Shown here piece by piece: positions 1 to 6,955 of a stretch of 6,955 bases of DNA. A model generated the notes under the pieces. It was not told where the DNA came from. It saw nothing but the letters and a program-made list of their open reading frames with translations, and ran no database searches. The first letter of the stretch is position 1. Each line of letters starts with the position of its first letter. The translations under genes and the position numbers were made by a program. The stretch comes from Octopus sinensis (lineage: Eukaryota): assembly GCF_006345805.1 (NCBI RefSeq), contig NW_021829010.1, positions 1 through 6,955 of the forward strand. The letters run 5' to 3'.

Positions 1-43
1 TAATAATAATGATAGTAATAATAATAATCTAAAATAATAATAA

Positions 44-81
<38 letters not shown>
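1..81. repeat. (TAA)n trinucleotide microsatellite, slightly imperfect; truncated by window start
   Basis: Direct reading: taataataat...aataataataa with a few interruptions (gat, agt, ct, aaa). Confidence 0.95.
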
Positions 82-83
<2 letters not shown>

Positions 84-202
84 GTAAAAGTGAAAACGTT
101 ATTAAAGCAACGGACAGTCATTTTCCTCCAATTAAGAGCAAGCAAGAGAGGGATGTGGTGATGTGTGGACGGGTGGGGTGGAGGAGAGAAGGTGAAATAT
201 CC

Positions 203-260
203 CACCGCCATCACCAGCACTAACAACACCAACAACAACAACATCAACAACTGCAACTAC
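203..260. repeat. Degenerate (AAC/CAC)n trinucleotide repeat
   Basis: caccgccatcaccagcactaacaacaccaacaacaacaacatcaacaactgcaactac; a similar decayed AAC tract lies at ~750-800. Confidence 0.75.
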
Positions 261-319
261 CGTACCCAATGTCCTGATATTTCACACCCTCCGCGTAAAA
301 ACTGCGATACTACATACTG

Positions 320-556
<237 letters not shown>

Positions 557-924
557 GTGTGTTGTTTGTTGTGGGTGTGTAGTGTGTGTATTTATGTATG
601 TATGTTGAGTGTGTTTGTGTAAATGTGTGTATATATAAATATATATATAAAACTTTTAAATATACAGACACATACATATATGAATATATGTGTGTATATA
701 TATCTATATATTCATAGGTATATATATATATACAAACAATTATAAGAAAACAACAGCAACATCACTAACAGGAACAACCGACACCAACCAACAAGATAAT
801 GAAACCGTATATACGTGTGCGCGCATGCGTATGTGTATGTGTGTTTTGCATGTAAGGGTGCGGAAATGTGTTTGTATTTATATACACAGGTATAACAAAT
901 ATATTTGTATTTGTGTGTTCAAGC

Positions 925-992
925 ACTCACACACAAACAAACACACACACACACACACACACAAACACATACACACAATCACACGCATACAC
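925..992. repeat. Imperfect (CA)n microsatellite
   Basis: cactcacacacaaacaaacacacacac...cacgcatacac. Confidence 0.9.
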
Positions 993-1050
993 AATTATAT
1001 ATATATATCGCGCGATACACGTGTATATATGTATAAATATGTATATATCT

Positions 1051-1099
1051 ATCTCTCAACTCTGTTTCTCTCTCTGTCTCTCTCTCTCTCTCTTTATAT

Positions 1100-1144
<45 letters not shown>

Positions 1145-1214
1145 GCATATATATGCATATTATGCATATATATTATATAATATACACACACACACACACA
1201 CACACACATACTAT

Positions 1215-1248
<34 letters not shown>

Positions 1249-1290
1249 CATACAATATTATATATATACGTGTGTGTGTATCTCCGGTAT
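1051..1290. repeat. Compound microsatellite (CT)n-(TA)n-(CA)n-(TA)n-(GT)n
   Basis: CT tract ~1051-1093, TA ~1095-1183, CA ~1184-1209, TA ~1212-1268, short GT ~1269-1278. Confidence 0.9.
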
Positions 1291-1357
1291 AATAGATTAA
1301 CAATAAAAGAATTGAATTAAAGAAAAACTACAACGACAACCAAAGTGTAAGTAAGAC

Positions 1358-1381
1358 AGAGAGAGAGAGAGAGAGAGAGAA

Positions 1382-1415
<34 letters not shown>

Positions 1416-1418
1416 AAG
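1358..1418. repeat. (GA)n microsatellite; 61-nt uninterrupted polypurine tract
   Basis: All bases 1358-1418 are A or G; mostly GA units with a central aagaag interruption. Confidence 0.95.
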
Positions 1419-1469
1419 TGTGAAAGAGAAAGTGTCTGAGGGAGAAAAAGCGAGAGAGGTGGATATAGT

Positions 1470-1586
1470 GGCTCTATATATGCGTACGGTTTATGTGTAC
1501 ATGTGTATATATATGTGTATATATATATGCGTCTTGTGTGTGCATATATATATATGCATCTATATGTATATATGTATGTATGTGAT

Positions 1587-1618
<32 letters not shown>

Positions 1619-1647
1619 TGTGATGTTGATGATGATGATGTTGATGA
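1470..1647. repeat. Compound decayed TA/TG repeat, (AC)12 at 1587-1610, then short (GAT)n at ~1621-1647
   Basis: Direct reading of the units. Confidence 0.85.
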
Positions 1648-1744
1648 AGTGGAACCGCTGTGCACTTCACAGCAACGTTGTTCAAATATTTGGTAAGCAC
1701 AGGAGTTTGCAAATGCATTTGTGTACCTGGGAATAAACGAACTT

Positions 1745-2000
1745 AGATATGTATGCATATTCGCACACATAGATGCGTACACAATACACATACCTACATA
1801 TAGGTATGCGTATACACACACATATATATATACTTACAATGTGTTTATACATGTACGTATATATATATATATACATACATATATATAGACGTATATACAT
1901 ATACTCACAAACACCACACACACGCACTCACACTCACATACACACACACACATACACACACATATATATAATACATATATATATATATACATATATATTT

Positions 2001-2047
<47 letters not shown>

Positions 2048-2260
2048 TATATATATATATATTACGTTTGTACAATTCGATATATATATTTATATATCGT
2101 TTGAAAGCGGCGTTCTATAGTTTAGATATTTGTGTGTGTGTAATACATGTATACATGCATACAAATATATATATACATTATATATATTATATATATACAT
2201 GTATGTAATACATATAATACATATGTATATATCCATGTATATGTATGTATATATACATAA

Positions 2261-2347
<87 letters not shown>

Positions 2348-2480
2348 AGATACATGCATATATTATAATATATATACATATATTGCATATATATATATGA
2401 ATATATGCCTGAATGTTTACACATACACTCATATGCATATCCACACACACATACACACACTCACACACACATGCATAACT
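1745..2480. repeat. Compound TA/CA/TG microsatellite field with a pure (AT)n run at 2273-2345
   Basis: Alternating-unit repeats throughout, with only a short unique break at ~2072-2125; 73 bp of perfect AT alternation at 2273-2345. Confidence 0.9.
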
Positions 2481-2662
2481 CTATGCATGCTGTGTTTCTT
2501 ACATGCATTTCTGTTAATTTCGCAAATGACGCGTGTAAAGAGCGGAAGAAGAGTAAATAAAGAGGAAGAGGAAGGCGAGAAGAGGCGCCTCCGTTGCACT
2601 CATCCTATGCATTTGCTGCATTATCTGCTGCACTCAGTTCTGGCTGTTTTCGCTTCTGCTGC

Positions 2663-2751
2663 CATCATCATCATCATCATCATCGTCATCATCATTATCA
2701 TCATCATCATCATCATAATCGTCATCATCATCATCATCATCATCATCATCG

Positions 2752-2792
<41 letters not shown>

Positions 2793-2875
2793 GTCATCAT
2801 TATCATCATCATCGTCATCATCATCGTCATAGTCATCATCATCATCGTCATCATCATCATCATCATCATCGTCAT
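2663..2875. repeat. (CAT)n trinucleotide microsatellite, 71 units, with recurrent CGT variant units
   Basis: 59 CAT, 8 CGT, 2 TAT, 1 AAT and 1 AGT units, counted from the poly-His frame of the ORF track; degenerate cttcgttgtcgt tail to ~2887. Confidence 0.95.
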
Positions 2876-3321
2876 CTTCGTTGTCGTCTCTCATTATTTT
2901 TGCTTTGGTTAGTCTCATATCATACCTGATCGAGTAGAACTAATATCAAAGCGGGTTTCATTACCGACTGCCACGTCGTCCTTTTTCTTTTTTTTTTGTG
3001 TGTGATTTGTCTTTTTTTTTCTCTCGTTAGTTGCTCTATATATAACAGGTCCGCTTTATTAAATGTTTTTATTTATTCATTTTATTTATTTAATTTTCTT
3101 TTTGCTCTGAAAATAGTAAATCGCAATCTGAGGTCGATTTTGCTACTATTTCTAGCGACCGCACCAGAAGCTCCATTCCTTGCATACTTGAGTCCCATCA
3201 ATGTGCTATCAAATCGCATGAATACATTTTAATAGCTTCACTTATCGCACTGAGCCCATACTGGAGCACTCACTAGAGCATAGTTCACTTTACCTAATAC
3301 CATTATTTAATTAACCATTAA

Positions 3322-3530
3322 GGCGTCAAACTGGCAGAATCGTTAGCACGCCGGGGAACATGCTCTGCGGCATTTCGTCCGTGTTTACGTTGAGTTCAAA
3401 TTCCGCCTAGGTCAACTGTGCCTTTCAGCGTTCCGGGATAAAATAAGTACCAGTTGAACACTGGGGTCGATGAAATCTACTTGTCCCTTCACACAAAATT
3501 GCTGGCCTCGTGCCGTAGTTTGAAATCGTT
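3322..3530 (+). mobile_element. tRNA-derived SINE, monomeric copy 1 (octopus-type, family name uncertain)
   Basis: A-box-like TGGCAGAATCG, B-box-like GAGTTCAAATTCC, body ...cctttca...gataaaataagtaccagttgaacactggggtcgat..., tail gctggcctcgtgccgtagtttgaaatc. Clearly homologous to the copies at 4918-5503. Confidence 0.85.
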
Positions 3531-3562
3531 GTTTATTTAACTTATCTCATAATGGCACACAA

Positions 3563-3628
3563 GATATAGATCACAGAATGGTTAAAACGTTCGCCTTGCA
3601 AACGAAGGTTTCTGGGTTCGATCTTGTA
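3563..3628 (+). pseudogene. tRNA-Ala(TGC)-like relic or head of a second tRNA-derived SINE family
   Basis: D-loop/A-box-like AGAATGGTTAAAACG; anticodon arm TTCGC-CTTGCAA-ACGAA (4/5 pairs, anticodon TGC at 3597-3599); B box GGTTCGATC at 3615-3623. T-stem and acceptor stem do not pair, so it is not a functional tRNA. Confidence 0.45.
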
Positions 3629-3909
3629 GCGTGATATCTTAGCCAAATATACAGAGCCACTTCTCGTGGTGGTGGTCACAGAGGAAGCACGCAAGTCGGA
3701 CGTAACCAAAATACGCTAACAGCTCTGCCTGTTGGTGTTCTGTCTCACAGCACATTGCTATTAACGACGAGACTAATTTTGTTTTGTGTATCTTTATATA
3801 TTTTTTTTACTGTTTTTATGAATTTTTGAAGTTGTTAAATTCTGGTTAAGCTCTACTCTTAATGCTCTGTTGGTGATGATGATGGCATCTACGGGAACCA
3901 AGTAAAGTA

Positions 3910-4146
3910 TTAATCCATCTGATGCCAGCCCGTCTGAGACCACCCCTAGTTCTGTAATACAAACTTCTCGTTTTAATATGATCTCAATTAAAATCTTTCT
4001 TCAAAACTTCATCTTTTGTACCAAACACCAGCTTAATAACAAAGTAATTAATAACAAGGTAATTCTACTAAAGTCTCCATTGTTTCCAAAATGAACTGAA
4101 GCAAAAATAGGGAATTTCAGCAGGAATATGATGACAAAATGGTTAA
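3910..4146. mobile_element. Non-autonomous DNA transposon (MITE), TTAA-flanked, piggyBac-like ends, decayed
   Basis: TTAA at 3910-3913 and 4143-4146; imperfect terminal inverted repeats (left TTAATCCATCTGATGCCA; reverse complement of right TTAACCATTTTGTCATCA); no ORF. Interior (ctgagacc...caaacaccagcttaataa...) matches my recollection of an abundant Octopus TTAACCC...GGGTTAA element. Confidence 0.65.
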
Positions 4147-4533
4147 GTATTTAATCAAAAACATCTTTTGGAGTTACGCTAGTCTGGGCCACGTCTTGCT
4201 TCAGACAGTAAGGTTTTAAACAGTCACAGCAGAATTGTGTCAGAGACAAGGTCACAGTGTTGTGATGTAAGTTTTGACTCTCCAAGAAATAAATGCAAAG
4301 TGAATATAATAGGTTTTTCGCGTCTATTTTAAAACGACTGAAATGGTCTTTTCACGTTATAATTACTTCAGAAACATAGAATTTGAGTCGAAAATATAAG
4401 CCTCACATTATTTTGCTTTACTTCATCTTGTATCGTCTCACTCAACCGCATAGATCTCTGTCACTCAGAAACATAGTTCGCACTTCCTATTTATCTTCAC
4501 CAACAAATATTGGCTTTTTAGAGGTTCGGTGAG

Positions 4534-4635
<102 letters not shown>

Positions 4636-4702
4636 CACATATTTAAGTTGCTTGAGCCATAAATACGTAAGAACTTTTTTGCATATGTCTAAGTATCTTG
4701 TT

Positions 4703-4820
4703 TGCTGGTTGGACATCTGCTACGCTGATGACATTTAGTGAGGTAGAAACACGTGTCGACAGCTGTTCAATTGTCTCAGAACAATCAGCTTGTCTTTCAC
4801 TTCATCGCAAGAAAATTTGA
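4703..4820 (+). pseudogene. Possible highly decayed non-LTR retrotransposon reverse-transcriptase fragment (YADD motif)
   Basis: CWLDICYADDI (YADD at 4721-4732), then two stops, then RQLFNCLRTIS, and after a +1 shift CLSLHRKK (4809-4814 = KK). Loosely resembles RTE-type DxDYADDI...L...GL.I..KKT. Short and weak. Confidence 0.3.
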
Positions 4821-4917
4821 GGAATTTTTGAATTTTGAGATTATCTTCCGTTTTCATTAGGAGTTGATGCCAAATTCACTATGTTAAGACTGTTAATACT
4901 ATGTGAGGAGCTGTTAA

Positions 4918-5299
4918 GGCGCCGAGCTGGCAGAAACATTAGCACGCCGGATGAAATGCGTAGCCGTATTTCGTCTGCCGTTACGTTCTGAGTTCAAATT
5001 CCGCCGAGGTCGACTTTACCTTTCATCCTCTCGGGGTCGATTAAATAAGTACCAGTTACGCACTTGGGTCAATATAATCGACTTAATCCGTTTGTCTGTC
5101 CTTGTTTGTCCTCTCTGTGTATAGCCCCTTGTGGGTAGAAAAGAAATATGTATTTCCTGAGTTCGAATTCCACCGAGGTCGACTTTGCCTTTCATCCTTT
5201 CGGGGTCTATAAATTTAGTACAAATTGTGTACTGGGGCCGATCTAATCGCCTGGTCCTCTCCCCCAAAATTTGGGGCCTTGTGCCTAGAGTAGAAAAGA
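4918..5299 (+). mobile_element. tRNA-derived SINE, dimeric copy (left arm 4918-5149, right arm 5150-5299)
   Basis: Left arm has A-box TGGCAGAAAC and B-box GAGTTCAAATTCC and ends ...ccccttgtgggtagaaaagaaata. Right arm restarts at the internal motif GTATTTC, has B-box GAGTTCGAATTCC and the same body, and ends ...gccttgtgcctagagtagaaaaga. Confidence 0.85.
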
Positions 5300-5310
5300 C
5301 AACTATTTAA

Positions 5311-5503
5311 GGAGTTGAGCAGGCGGAATCGTAAGCGGCCGGGAAAAATTCTTGGGTATTTTGGTCGTCTTTAAAGTTCTGTTGACAAATTCCGCCAAGA
5401 TCAACTTTGCTTTTCATAATTTCGGGGTCGATAAAATAAGTATCAGTTAAAACACAGGTGTCGATGTAAAACTGCTGGCCTTGTGCCAAAATCTGAAACC
5501 AAT
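5311..5503 (+). mobile_element. tRNA-derived SINE, more diverged monomeric copy
   Basis: ggagttgagcaggcggaatcgtaagcggccggg...caaattccgccaagatcaactttgcttttcataatttcggggtcgataaaataagtatcagtt...gctggccttgtgccaaaatctgaaacc; same tail type as copy 1, with a ~21-nt deletion before the tail. Confidence 0.8.
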
Positions 5504-6274
5504 ACTGTCAACTATTTTTGTATTAGTGAATAGATTTCTAAATAATATGGGGGTTTCCTGTGTGTTTCCGTTTCCAGCTAAAATTATCACAATGATATAT
5601 TTTGCTCTTGCATTTACGATAAATCTCATTCCGTAACATTCAGTCACACATACGCGTATAGTTATCCGATTGAAGATTATCATTTTTGTTCAATATCCGC
5701 TTAGCTATCGCCGTTTCGACGCGATAAAAATTTTTCATTTTGCAAAACCTTATGAGATTCTTTATTTCATCAATGATCCAGGACTTAATTGGTCAGGTTA
5801 TAGGCAAAAGTTGAAGAGTCTGGATACCTCGAAATAATATTCTGTACATTCAAAAACTTAGCCGGCATTGATTTTATTTAACACCATATAACACCTGATC
5901 AATTTTCGATATTTATTGGAAAATATTTATTGGATATTTATAGCAAAAAAGACGGATACATTATTTGATTCCTCAGTCTCAAGAATTTCTAATGGGAAAT
6001 TCCTGACATGTCTAACATGCAAAAATTTGTAATTCCTATTAGCAAACGAAACACGGGAAATGTTGAATAAATAGTACCAAAAATGTCCAATAGTTTACAA
6101 GGGACAGCTGGAAACCGGGTACCTACTTGTTAAATGTACCCTACTTCAAGTATTCTTTTTTGATTTTTGAAATTGCATAGTCTGATTTAAGAGTAAGGGT
6201 CACCTGAAAGGTGTACAAATATGATTTAATTTTTTAACAAATCAAAATGTTTTTAACATTTGTAGAACGTATCA

Positions 6275-6423
6275 TTGATTAGAAACGGTTTAATGACTTC
6301 AAAGATACTAATCGAACCCTAAAGGATAAAATGTGAAACGGATCTCGACGAGATTCAAAATCGGAACGTGGAGAGGTTTGAATATTTTATTCCAGCTTCT
6401 ATAATTTCTACCAAATCATCACC
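6275..6423 (-). mobile_element. Old, heavily diverged minus-strand copy of the same SINE family
   Basis: 6311-6376 (atcgaaccctaaaggataaaatgtgaaacggatctcgacgagattcaaaatcggaacgtggagagg) aligns by eye to the reverse complement of the SINE body (atcgaccccgaaaggatgaaaggcaaagtcgacctcggcggaatttgaactcagaacgtaa). A weaker head-like match extends to ~6423; outer boundaries are approximate. Confidence 0.55.
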
Positions 6424-6466
6424 TGCTGATGCAAGAAATGAAATGCATAACTTTTAAACAAATATT

Positions 6467-6512
6467 TACGCGTGCACACACTCGCGCGCGCGCGCGCACA
6501 CACACACATACA
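6467..6512. repeat. Alternating purine-pyrimidine tract with (CG)7 at 6483-6496 followed by (CA)n
   Basis: tacgcgtgcacacac-t-cgcgcgcgcgcgcgcacacacacacacataca. Confidence 0.9.
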
Positions 6513-6647
6513 AGCACACACATATCTACACACACAGATGCGTGCGCGTACACACTTCCACATGCAAATCCCGAAGACACGCACATGCATCTGTTCGCAT
6601 GCATACACGTGTACACGAGTGTATAGAGCTGTGACTGTACTTACGTA

Positions 6648-6955
6648 CCAGGTGGTATCAAAAGGTTCTCGAACTAAAAAATAACTTATTTCCCTAAGTT
6701 TTAACATCGTCTCCCTCCAAATAGTCCCCTTGCGCAGAAATACTCCGGTCCCAGCGTTTCTGCCACTTTCAGAATCCATGTCTGGAAGTCATTTTCCGTA
6801 AGCGGGTGGAGGACCTTCTGCGATTCTCTTTGGATCTCGACAACGATGTTAGATCGGCGACCTTTGAAACTGTATTTTCATCTTGGGGAAGAAATGGAAA
6901 CCTGCAGGTGCTAAATCTGGTGAACAGAGTGGGTATCGAAGCGATACCATATTGT
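6648..6955 (-). mobile_element. Mariner (Tc1/mariner) DNA transposon, 3' end; continues beyond the window
   Basis: TA at 6646-6647 followed by mariner-like terminus CCAGGTGGTATCAAAAGGTTCTCGAACT; transposase C-terminus on the minus strand stops 46 bp inside this end. Confidence 0.88.
6694..6955 (-). pseudogene. Mariner transposase pseudogene, C-terminal fragment
   Basis: Hand translation: NMVSLRYPLCSPDLAPAGFHFFPKMKIQF / KGRRSNIVVEIQRESQKVLHPLTENDFQT / GF*KWQKRWDRSISAQGDYLEGDDVKT*. Matches mariner motifs YSPDLAPxD, LFPKLK..LKGRRF and W..RW..CI...GDYFEG. Two +1 frameshifts (~6866-6869, ~6778-6781), premature TGA at 6769-6771, terminal TAG at 6694-6696. Confidence 0.9.

Noticed and set aside
150-193. 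G-rich stretch as a G-quadruplex
   Set aside because: Only three G3+ tracts, one separated by a long loop; does not meet the canonical four-tract pattern.
1051-1418. (CT)n and (GA)n tracts as an inverted-repeat pair
   Set aside because: Complementarity is only that of simple repeats; flanks show no inverted homology.
2594-2929. Poly-His protein (or poly-Asp on the minus strand) as a metal-binding or biomineralisation protein
   Set aside because: It coincides exactly with the (CAT)n microsatellite, and several frames on both strands are open for the same reason.
2980-3232. Polypyrimidine tract plus TAG (3028-3030) as a splice acceptor for ORF 2996-3232
   Set aside because: T-rich tracts are common here, the ORF is low-complexity (F/L/I-rich) with no recognisable domain, and I saw no convincing donor.
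3700-3731. Minus-strand match to the SINE head (ggcagagctgttagcg)
   Set aside because: Match is under 20 nt and does not continue into the B box or body.
5463-5837. Long plus-strand frame with a single internal stop (...SYRRFDAIKIFHFAKPYEILYFINDPGLNWSGYRQKLKSLDTSK)
   Set aside because: No recognisable motif, begins inside a SINE tail, no ATG after the internal stop; compatible with chance. A blastx hit would reverse this.
5909-5943. Short tandem ATATTTATTGGA x2 plus a partial third copy
   Set aside because: Ordinary local slippage duplication in AT-rich DNA.
6535-6593. Imperfect inverted repeat CAGATGC-GTGCG...CGCAC-AT-GCATCTG enclosing an ATGCAAAT octamer
   Set aside because: Short stem within alternating low-complexity sequence where such complementarity is expected; a single octamer is not evidence of regulation.
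6408-6779. 123-aa minus-strand ORF as a gene
   Set aside because: It is an out-of-frame read of the mariner 3' end running into CA/CG repeats; the transposase homology lies in other frames.

Overview
Eukaryotic, AT-rich, apparently non-coding DNA (intergenic or intronic). No intact protein-coding gene is supported, and I find no evidence of a novel biological system. Most ORFs in the supplied track are translations of microsatellites (poly-IY, poly-HT, poly-VC, poly-H/D/M/I); the rest are short frames without recognisable domains. Bases 1-~2890 are an almost continuous compound microsatellite field (TAA, AAC, TA, TG/CA, CT/GA, GAT/CAT). Bases ~3300-6955 hold decayed transposable elements: several copies of one tRNA-derived SINE family (one apparently dimeric), a tRNA-Ala(TGC)-like relic, a TTAA-flanked piggyBac-like MITE, a possible LINE reverse-transcriptase (YADD) relic, and the 3' end of an inactivated mariner transposon that runs off the right edge on the minus strand. 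The SSR density and the SINE and MITE sequences resemble repeats I recall from Octopus genomes. That assignment is from memory, not a database search.
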